This document shows positions 55,443-64,000 of a stretch of 64,000 nt of DNA, piece by piece. The DNA is from an uncultured Acidobacteriota bacterium (GTDB lineage Bacteria; Acidobacteriota; Thermoanaerobaculia; Multivoradales; UBA5704). The position numbers were made by a program, and so were the translations under genes. The notes beneath the pieces are model-generated. The model had not been told where the DNA came from. It did not search any database and saw nothing but the letters and a program-made list of their open reading frames with translations. Every line of letters begins with the position of its first letter. Position 1 is the stretch's first letter. The DNA lies in contig OY969474.1 in assembly GCA_963700145.1 (NCBI GenBank), positions 1,504,001 to 1,568,000 of the forward strand, read 5' to 3'.

Positions 55443-57134
55443 ATGACCCAGCAGAGCTTGTTCGGCGGCCCGCTCGCGGCCGTCCTGACCGCCTTCCTCC
55501 TCCTGCCCGCGGCCGTCCTGGCGAACGGCGCCGCCCCGGTCCCGCCCGCCGCCGAAAAGGCCGCCCGGACGATCGACGAGGCCGCCCTCCGCGGCCCGAT
55601 CCGCTACCTCGCCCACGACCTGCTCGAAGGGCGCGGCCCGGCGAGCCGCGGCGACCAGCTCACCCAGGAGTACCTGGCCTCGGCGCTCGAGGCCCTCGGG
55701 CTCGCCCCCGGCGGCGAGAACGGCACCTACCTGCAGCGCTTCGACATCGTCGGCATCACCAGCGAGGTGCCGGAGGCCTGGACCTTCCGCCAGGACGGGC
55801 AGACGCTCGACCTCAAGCGCTGGGACGAGTTCATCGCCGCCAGCGGGGTGCAGGAGCCGGCGGCGCGGATCGACGGCGTCGAGGTGGTCTTCGTCGGCTA
55901 CGGCATCCAGGCCCCCGAGTACCAGTGGGACGACTTCAAGGGCGCGGACCTCAAGGGGAAGGTCCTGCTGATGCTCAACAACGACCCCGACTGGGACCCC
56001 AAGCTCTTCGAGGGCGAGCGCCGTCTCTACTACGGCCGCTGGACCTACAAGTACGAGAGCGCGGCGCGGCAGGGGGCGGCGGGGGCGATCATCATCCACA
56101 CGACGCCCTCGGCCGGCTACCCCTGGCAGGTCGTGCAGACCTCCTGGAGCGGCGAGCAGTTCGAGCTGCCGGCCGAGGGGGAGCCGCGCGTCCAGGTCGC
56201 GGCCTGGGCGACCGAAGACGCGTCGCGGGCGCTCGCCAAGCTCGGCGGCAAGGACCTCGACGCGCTCCGCGAGCAGGCGCGCAGCCGCGACTTCCGGCCG
56301 GTGCCGCTCGGCGTCACGACCTCGCTCTCCTTCCCTAACAAGATCTCGCGCGTGCAGACCGCCAACATCGGCGGCCTCCTGCGCGGCGGCGACGCGGGGC
56401 TGGCGGACGAGGTCGTCGTCTACAGCGCCCATCACGACCACTTGGGGATCGGTGAGCCGGACGATTCAGGCGACCGGATCTACAACGGCGCCCTCGACAA
56501 CGCCTCGGGCACGTCGCAGGTGTTGGCAATCGCCAAGGCCTTCAAGGCGCTGCCCGAGCCGCCGCGGCGCTCGGTCCTCTTCCTGTTCGTGGCTGCCGAG
56601 GAGCAGGGCCTCCTGGGCTCCGAGTACTACGCCAAGCACCCCACCTTCCCGCCCGGAAAGATCGCCGCCAACATCAACTACGACGGCGGCAGCATCTGGG
56701 GGCGGGCGACCGAGGTGGCCTTCATCGGCTACGGCAAGTCCGACCTCGACAAGGTCGTCGAGCGCTACGCCGCGGCGCAGGACCGGACGGTCGTGGGCGA
56801 CCAGTTCCCCGACCGCGGCTTCTACTACCGCTCCGACCAGTTCAACTTCGCCAAGATCGGCGTCCCCGCCGTCTACCTCGACACCGGCACCAAGTTCCGC
56901 GGCAAGCCGCCGGAGTGGGGCAAGCAGCAGATCGAGGCCTGGGAAGCGGTCAACTACCACCAGCCGAGCGACGAGCTGACCCCGGAGTGGAACTTCGAGG
57001 GGATGGTCGAGGACGCCATGCTCGGCTTCTTCATCGGCCTCGACATCGCCCAGTCGGAAAAGCTCCCGGCCTGGAACCCGGGCGACGAGTTCGAAGCGGC
57101 GCGCAAGGCGGCGCTGGCGGCGGCGGGAAGGTAG
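55443..57134 (+). CDS. M28 family aminopeptidase with PA domain
   Basis: Signal peptide; LAHDLLEGRG, VFVGYG, SAHHDHLG, GALDNASG, AEEQGLLGS, RSDQ and YHQPSD motifs. Confidence 0.92.
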   Translation: MTQQSLFGGPLAAVLTAFLLLPAAVLANGAAPVPPAAEKAARTIDEAALRGPIRYLAHDLLEGRGPASRGDQLTQEYLASALEALGLAPGGENGTYLQRFDIVGITSEVPEAWTFRQDGQTLDLKRWDEFIAASGVQEPAARIDGVEVVFVGYGIQAPEYQWDDFKGADLKGKVLLMLNNDPDWDPKLFEGERRLYYGRWTYKYESAARQGAAGAIIIHTTPSAGYPWQVVQTSWSGEQFELPAEGEPRVQVAAWATEDASRALAKLGGKDLDALREQARSRDFRPVPLGVTTSLSFPNKISRVQTANIGGLLRGGDAGLADEVVVYSAHHDHLGIGEPDDSGDRIYNGALDNASGTSQVLAIAKAFKALPEPPRRSVLFLFVAAEEQGLLGSEYYAKHPTFPPGKIAANINYDGGSIWGRATEVAFIGYGKSDLDKVVERYAAAQDRTVVGDQFPDRGFYYRSDQFNFAKIGVPAVYLDTGTKFRGKPPEWGKQQIEAWEAVNYHQPSDELTPEWNFEGMVEDAMLGFFIGLDIAQSEKLPAWNPGDEFEAARKAALAAAGR

Positions 57135-57153
57135 GCGCGAAGGCCTTCGCGCC
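57134..57153. terminator. Palindromic hairpin between convergent genes
   Basis: Perfect 20-bp palindrome GGCGCGAAGGCCTTCGCGCC starting at the last base of the M28 stop; no U-tract. Confidence 0.45.
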
Positions 57154-57176
57154 GGGCTCCGATCAGGGGGCTCAGC

Positions 57177-57959
57177 TCAGGCGTCGGGCGGCGCATCGCC
57201 GAGCGCAGCCCAGCCGGCGTCCCAGAGCCGGCGGCTGAGGTCGGAGCGCAGCTCCGGGAGGTCGCATCGCACCGCCGCGAGCGCCCGCCCGGCCTCCGCC
57301 CCCCGCCCGGCGGCCGTCAGCGCCGCGGCCGCCCGCGCCGTGAACGCCACCCGGTCGTCGGCGCCGGCGGCGGCGCGGGCGGCGGCAAGGAACGCCGCCG
57401 CCGCGGCGCCGAGCTCTCCCAGCGCCTCGTACCGCCCGCCGAGCCAGCCTTGCAGCTCCATCGCCAGGAGGCGCACGGTGTCGCGGGCCACCCCGGCGCC
57501 CGGCTCCAGGTCCTCGACCATGGCCGCCGTCTCGCGGCCGAAGGCCGTGCAGCGCTCGAGGTTGGCGGCCTCGTGCTCGCCGAGCAGGAAGAGCGTGTGG
57601 CCGAGCTTGAAGCGGAGCGCCGCCCGCTCGTAGTCGGAGCGGGCGTCGGCGCGCGCCAGCCGCTCGTCGTGGGCGAGGGCGTAGAAGGCCGCCGACTCGG
57701 GCAGCTCGCCGACCTCCTCGAAGGCGCGCTCGACGAGCAGCACCACGTAGCGCTCGGCGCGGCGGATCTCCTCACGCGCCACCCCCCGCGCCGCCAAACG
57801 CTCCACCGCCAGCTCGTGGAAGCGGGAGCCGCACCGCGCCCGCTCCGCCTCGCCGCAGCCGAGCAGAGTGCCGCCGCCGTCCAGCCGCAGGCGCCCAAGG
57901 AGCGCGGCCGCGAGCTCGCCGGCGGAGCGGCCGTCCCGATCGCTGTCGTCGTCGTTCAT
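57177..57959 (-). CDS. Hypothetical alpha-helical (TPR-like) protein
   Basis: Plausible composition with helical repeats (YERAALRFKLGHTLFLLGE); co-oriented after the C25-like gene. Confidence 0.6.
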   Translation of the reverse strand: MNDDDSDRDGRSAGELAAALLGRLRLDGGGTLLGCGEAERARCGSRFHELAVERLAARGVAREEIRRAERYVVLLVERAFEEVGELPESAAFYALAHDERLARADARSDYERAALRFKLGHTLFLLGEHEAANLERCTAFGRETAAMVEDLEPGAGVARDTVRLLAMELQGWLGGRYEALGELGAAAAAFLAAARAAAGADDRVAFTARAAAALTAAGRGAEAGRALAAVRCDLPELRSDLSRRLWDAGWAALGDAPPDA

Positions 57960-58002
57960 CCCGGAAAAAGGAGACCCGGAAGGCACGTTCTTTGTTGAGA
58001 CA

Positions 58003-59424
<1,422 letters not shown>

Positions 59425-59457
59425 GGCGCGGCCCGAGCGGCGGCGTTGATGACGTCA

Positions 59458-59658
59458 TCAGGCTCCGGGCGCGGACATCGCTCCCTTCGTGCCGCCGCCG
59501 CCGGTGTCGGGCGGATCGTCGGGCGAGAAGGAGAGGCCGAGGATGCGCGCCCAGGTCACCTCGCCCTGTCCGTCGTCGAGGCTCGGCGCGTCGTGCGTCG
59601 CCGACGGCGGCGGCGTCTGGGCGGTCTGCGGCTGCATGGTCAGGGTCTCGTCGGCCAT
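59458..59658 (-). CDS. 66-aa acidic peptide with C-terminal DDPPDTGGGGTKG motif
   Basis: Strong AAGGAGG RBS before the ATG; fills the gap between the CHAT and C25-like genes; non-shadow composition. Confidence 0.7.
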   Translation of the reverse strand: MADETLTMQPQTAQTPPPSATHDAPSLDDGQGEVTWARILGLSFSPDDPPDTGGGGTKGAMSAPGA

Positions 59659-59730
59659 GATCCCTCCTTGAAGTTTGCGCGGCTGGCACGCGGGGTTCGC
59701 GTGCTTGAGACCCTGGGGTCGCGCTTTTGT

Positions 59731-62541
59731 TCAGGGGAGGGCGATGCCGCGCCATTCGCCCTCGAGCACGAAGCCCGCCCAGTAGGCGGGCGCGCTCCAG
59801 CGCGGGTGGCGGCGCATCGCGAGCTGCGCCTGGCGCAGCGCCGCGGCGGGCGCGAGACCTTCGCGGAAGAGGCCGCGGTAGAAGACGGCCATCAGCTCGG
59901 CGGTGGCTGCGTCGTCGGCGGCCCAGAGGCTCACCAGCGCCCGCCGCGCGCCGGCACGGAGCACTGCCCGCGACAGGCTCTGCACCCCCTCGCCGCGCAC
60001 CTCCTCGCCGGCCGCCGTGTGGCAAGCGCTGAGCACGACGAGCTCCGCCGGCAGCTTCATGCGCGCCAGCTCGCCGGCGCGCAGCAGCTCGGCGCGCGGC
60101 GCGCCGGCGGCGTCGACGCCGGAGAGGACGATGCCGGAGCGCTCGAGGTCGCGGGCGGCGACGCCGTGCGTGGCGAAGTGGACGATGCGGAACTCTTCCA
60201 GATCGCCGCTCAGCACGGCGTCGCGGCTCGCCGCGCGACCGAGCAGTTGGCGGCAGCTGCCGGGGGGTGCCAGCGCGACGATCCGCTCCGCCTCGACGCG
60301 CGAGAACGGCAACCGCGGCAGCGCGCCGAGGCCGAGCTCCCCTTCGGCGCGCAAGGCGGCCGCCGCGGCGTCGCCGCGGCCGAAGACCGGATCGGCGACC
60401 ACCGCGATCAGACGATCGGGCGCGCCCCGGCCCGGCGGCCGCCGGCGCAGCTCGGCGAGGTACGCGGCCGAAGGCAGGCCGACGACCTCGTGTCGCGCCA
60501 GGAGCGGCGCACGCGGATCGGCGGGATCGGGGAGCATGGCGAAGGGAACCGCGGCGAGGGCGCCGTCCGCCACCACGAGCAGCCGCCGCGGGAGCGGCCG
60601 GCCGGCGAGGGGCGTGAGGATCCGCGCCGCGAGCTCCGCCAGCGCCGCGCGTGCCTCGGCCGCCGCCGGCGGCGCGGCACTGCGCACGAGGAGCCGGTGC
60701 GCCTGCCGCGCGAGCGCCTCGATCTCCCCCCGCGGCGGCAGCTCGTGGCCGGTCAGCCTCCCCCGGTCCAGCCGCCAGGCGAAGCTCCGCTCCTCGCCGA
60801 GGAAGTAGGAGAGCAGGACGGTCTCCTCATCCAGGAGCTCGCGTCGGATCTGCCCGGGGTCGGAGACCGTGCGCGCCGTCGAGTCGAACAGCCCGCGCGC
60901 CCGCGTCCGCTCCACCGCCGCGAAGGCCGTGGCGTCGAAGCCGGCGCCGGGAAGCTCGCGGTCGAGCCGCATGAGAAGGCTCACGGCCAGCTCGTACGGA
61001 TCGAAGACGGCGCTGGTGAAGGAGGAGCGGAGACGGTCCGCGGGGACGCTCGAGCGCAGTCCGTCCAGCCCGACAACCGCCTCCTCGGCCGACGCGCGCG
61101 CCCGCGCCACCTCGCCGAGATCGCGCTCGGCCAGGGCCCGTCCATAGACAGTGAGGGGGATCTCGCTCCGCTCCCCCAGCCGCGCATAGAGCGCCTCCGC
61201 CCGCGCGAGCAGCGCCAGGGCCTCCCGCTCGCGCCCGAGCAGGACGTCCAGGCGCCCGAGGCTGGCGAGCGCGTGGGCCTGGCCGCGCGGGTCGCGGACC
61301 GCCGCCGCCAACGCGAGGGCTCGGCGCTGCGCGGCGCGGGCGCGGGCATGCTGGCCGTCGAGGAGCAGGAGGTCGCCGTAGGCGTTGAGGACCATCGCCT
61401 CGGACGCGCGATCGCCGCGGCCGCGGGCGAGGGCGAGGGCGCGCCGGTAGCTGGCGCGCGCCCGCTCGCGATCGCCGAGGCGGGCCTGCGCGATCCCCAG
61501 GCTGCGCAGCAGCACGATGAGCTGCTCCGGCGCCTGGCACTCGAGGGCGAGCGCCTCGCGGAAGTGCGCCAGCGCGCGCGGCAGGTCCCCGAGGATGATC
61601 GAGGCCTCGCCCAGGTTGGCGAGCGCCAAGGTCTCGCCGCACGGCAGCCCCGCCGCCCGCGACAGCTCGCGGGCGCGCTGCAGCCGGCGCGCGGCCTCGC
61701 CCAGCTCGCCCAACGCGCGATGGGCGAGGGCGAGATGGCCGTGAGCAGCTGCGGCGTGGAAGGGCTCGCTGGCGGCCGCCGCGAGGGCCGGGGAGCGCTC
61801 GAGCGTGCGGATGGCGGCGCGAGGGTCCCCCAGCCGCCAGTGCAGCCAGCCCAGGCGGTTCAGAGCGGCCAGCCGGTCGTCGCGGTCGGCGAGGCCGAGC
61901 GCCAGCGCCCGCTCGTACGCCGCCCGCGCCTGCGGGTACTCGCCCAGGCTGGCGTGGACCAGACCCAGCCGCGCCGCAGAGCGGGCGGCGGCCGCCGGCG
62001 CGGGGACGCCGAGCTGCGCGCGCAACGCCCTGGCGTAGGGCCCCACGGCGGCGCGCAGCCCGGGGCCGTCGCCGCGCTTGCGCGCCCGCTCGCCGGCGTC
62101 GAAGTCCAGCTCCGCCGCGGCCAGGCGCCGGTCGGCGGGCGTCGCGGCGCGGACGGCGACGAGCCGCTTGCGGTAACCCACCAGCGAGCCGCGGCGCGGC
62201 AGGACGACCTCGACGGCGAGCTTCCCCGCGGCCTCCGCAACCGCGAGCAACCGCTCCTCGCCACGCGTGCCGTTCGGACTGTCGCGCTCGAGCAGGACTG
62301 CCCCGCCCGGCTCGCGCAGGCGGACGGCGACGTCGCTCCCTAGCTGCTCGACGACGACCTCGAGCGCCTGGCCGCGCCGGACCTCGACGACTTCGCGGTC
62401 CACCGGGCCGTCGGCCGCCGACCACGAAGACGCGCGCCAGCCGAGACGGGAGCCCGGCGCCGCTTCGTGGCGGAGCACGAGGAGCCCACCGCAGGCGGCG
62501 GCGAGCAGGGCTGCGGCGGCCGGGAGCGCGCGCGGCTTCAA
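59731..62541 (-). CDS. TPR-CHAT domain protein (caspase-like protease)
   Basis: TTG start overlapping the anti-sigma stop; N-terminal hydrophobic segment and PPC-like domain; TPRs; ERTRARGL, ADGAL..VPF, VADPVF, HFATHG (His), VVLSAC (Cys), SLW and YWAGFVLEG motifs. Confidence 0.92.
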   Translation of the reverse strand: MKPRALPAAAALLAAACGGLLVLRHEAAPGSRLGWRASSWSAADGPVDREVVEVRRGQALEVVVEQLGSDVAVRLREPGGAVLLERDSPNGTRGEERLLAVAEAAGKLAVEVVLPRRGSLVGYRKRLVAVRAATPADRRLAAAELDFDAGERARKRGDGPGLRAAVGPYARALRAQLGVPAPAAAARSAARLGLVHASLGEYPQARAAYERALALGLADRDDRLAALNRLGWLHWRLGDPRAAIRTLERSPALAAAASEPFHAAAAHGHLALAHRALGELGEAARRLQRARELSRAAGLPCGETLALANLGEASIILGDLPRALAHFREALALECQAPEQLIVLLRSLGIAQARLGDRERARASYRRALALARGRGDRASEAMVLNAYGDLLLLDGQHARARAAQRRALALAAAVRDPRGQAHALASLGRLDVLLGREREALALLARAEALYARLGERSEIPLTVYGRALAERDLGEVARARASAEEAVVGLDGLRSSVPADRLRSSFTSAVFDPYELAVSLLMRLDRELPGAGFDATAFAAVERTRARGLFDSTARTVSDPGQIRRELLDEETVLLSYFLGEERSFAWRLDRGRLTGHELPPRGEIEALARQAHRLLVRSAAPPAAAEARAALAELAARILTPLAGRPLPRRLLVVADGALAAVPFAMLPDPADPRAPLLARHEVVGLPSAAYLAELRRRPPGRGAPDRLIAVVADPVFGRGDAAAAALRAEGELGLGALPRLPFSRVEAERIVALAPPGSCRQLLGRAASRDAVLSGDLEEFRIVHFATHGVAARDLERSGIVLSGVDAAGAPRAELLRAGELARMKLPAELVVLSACHTAAGEEVRGEGVQSLSRAVLRAGARRALVSLWAADDAATAELMAVFYRGLFREGLAPAAALRQAQLAMRRHPRWSAPAYWAGFVLEGEWRGIALP

Positions 62542-63317
62542 GGCCGGATCAGCAGCTCCTGCACGGCCAGCTCGCGCGATCCTTGCGGTCCGCTGGCGGT
62601 AAGGCGCAGCCGGTACTCTCCTGGAGCCAGGAAGTGCGACGGCAGCTGGAGCACGAAGCGATCACGGGCGGGCCGCGGTAGCGGGGGGCTGCGCCAGACG
62701 CGCCGGCCGCCGGCTCCGACGATCTCCCATCGGAACCCGCCCTCGTCGCGTCGCGGCGCCGCCTGGACGGCGACGACCAGCGGCGCCGCCGCGCTGGACA
62801 CCACCGGCACGTCGCGCAGCGTGCCGCCGGTCGCGGTACGCTCGACGAGCACGGCGTCGGTGCGCGGCCGCGCCGGCGCCCCCAGCCGCCGCTGCAGCGC
62901 GACGACCCATGCCGACGCGCCCAGCGTCGTGACCAGCAGCCCCGCCGCCAGCGCCCACGGCACCCAGGGAGCGCGCGGGCCTACCCGCTGCCACGCCGCC
63001 GGCCGCGGCTCCGCCGCCTGCACGCTTCCCCACAGCCGCCGCCATTCGCGCTCGGCCTCTTTCGGCGAGAGCTCCGGCACGTCCGCCGCCGGCGCGCTGC
63101 CGGGAAAGGCGCGCAGCTCGAGCACCTGGCGGCTGCACTCGCGGCAGAGCGCCAGGTGGTCGCGCAGCTCCTCGGCCTCCGCCTCCTCGAGCCCGCCGCC
63201 GGCGTAGGCCACGAGTCGCTCGGGCGCCGGGTGCTCCCCCTCCTGCCGGCGCGCCTCCTCGGCCCAGCGCTTGACCGCTGCCGCAAGCGGATCGTGCCGT
63301 TCGTCCACGCTCGTCAC
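62538..63317 (-). CDS. Zinc-finger (ZAS/zf-HC2) anti-sigma factor
   Basis: GTG start overlapping the sigma stop; EHP...LVAY...HLALCREC (HxxxCxxC); TM WALAAGLLV; C-terminal beta domain (LAPGEYRLRL). Confidence 0.85.
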   Translation of the reverse strand: MTSVDERHDPLAAAVKRWAEEARRQEGEHPAPERLVAYAGGGLEEAEAEELRDHLALCRECSRQVLELRAFPGSAPAADVPELSPKEAEREWRRLWGSVQAAEPRPAAWQRVGPRAPWVPWALAAGLLVTTLGASAWVVALQRRLGAPARPRTDAVLVERTATGGTLRDVPVVSSAAAPLVVAVQAAPRRDEGGFRWEIVGAGGRRVWRSPPLPRPARDRFVLQLPSHFLAPGEYRLRLTASGPQGSRELAVQELLIRP

Positions 63318-63925
63318 CCTCCTTGCAGCGCGTCGCCGAGCCGCGTCTTGAGCTGCTGCCGTCCCTGGAAGAGGTGGGCCTTGACCGCCCCCACCGAGAT
63401 GCCGAGCAGCTCGGCGATCTCGTTGTAGCCGAGCTGCTGGTCGATGCGCAGCGTCATGCAGCGCCGCATCTGCGGCGCCAGCTCCCGCATCGCCGAGTGC
63501 AGCAGGCGGGAGCGCTCGCCGGCGAGGACCCCCTCGAGCGGGCCGCTCGCCTCGCTCCGCGCGGCGCTCGGCGCGGCGGACGCCGCCAGCCGCTCCTCGG
63601 TGACGTCCGCGAGCGGCAGCTCGGGGGCGTCCCGCTTGAGCGCCCGGCGTTCGCGGATCCGGTTCAGGGCCACGTTGCTCATGATCTGGAAGAGCCAGGT
63701 CCTGAAGCTGGCGTCGCGCCGGAAGGCGTCGAGACCCGACCAAACCTTGAGGAGGGTCTCCTGCGCCAGGTCGAAGCCCTCGTCGCGGGTGAAGCCGTAG
63801 CGCACGAAAAAGCAGAGGACGGAGTAGTGGTAGCCCAGGAAGAGCCGGCGGAAGAGCTCTTCCCGATCACCGCCGGACTGCCACTCGGCGGCGACGAGAT
63901 CGCCGATCTGCTGCTGTTCCGACAT
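63314..63925 (-). CDS. ECF RNA polymerase sigma factor
   Basis: DLAQETLLKVW, SFRTWLFQI and region 4 YNEIAELLGISVGAVKAHLFQGR. Confidence 0.93.
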   Translation of the reverse strand: MSEQQQIGDLVAAEWQSGGDREELFRRLFLGYHYSVLCFFVRYGFTRDEGFDLAQETLLKVWSGLDAFRRDASFRTWLFQIMSNVALNRIRERRALKRDAPELPLADVTEERLAASAAPSAARSEASGPLEGVLAGERSRLLHSAMRELAPQMRRCMTLRIDQQLGYNEIAELLGISVGAVKAHLFQGRQQLKTRLGDALQGG

Positions 63926-64000
63926 GGGAGACGGTCGCCAATCCTAACGCAGGCGGCGCGAGGGCCGACGGCGGGCGCCGGGTGTGGCGCCCGCCGCGGT

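Overview
Very GC-rich bacterial DNA. Gene content suggests Acidobacteriota, probably Thermoanaerobaculia-like (PadR plus ADOP-type permease, TPR kinases, CHAT proteins); this is an inference. The centre (9.5-42.3 kb) is a hybrid NRPS-PKS cluster with about 7 NRPS modules and a terminal KS-AT-ACP-TE. Its first condensation domain has the EHHxxHDG motif of ureido-forming C domains. Manually read A-domain codes suggest X-(ureido)-Leu-Ala-Leu-Ala-Ala-(Cys-clade residue) plus one unreduced malonate. Between the two synthetase genes lie exported proteins: an atypical amidohydrolase, a DUF5916-like protein, an S33-like lipoprotein and a hidden selenoprotein. The ORF track splits the selenoprotein at an in-frame TGA in a U-G-V-C motif that is followed by a SECIS-like hairpin. 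The middle of the second synthetase (about 27.4-35.7 kb) has many frameshifts, most likely a consensus or assembly artefact. The right end holds a co-oriented cassette: ECF sigma, zinc anti-sigma, TPR-CHAT protease, a 66-aa peptide and a C25/gingipain-like protease. The rest includes a HEPN/MNT toxin-antitoxin pair, thiolase, M48 and M28 peptidases, xerD, leuA/leuB-like genes, a PP2C phosphatase, a lytic transglycosylase and two tandem secreted paralogues sharing a C-terminal domain. No rRNA, tRNA or CRISPR array was recognised.
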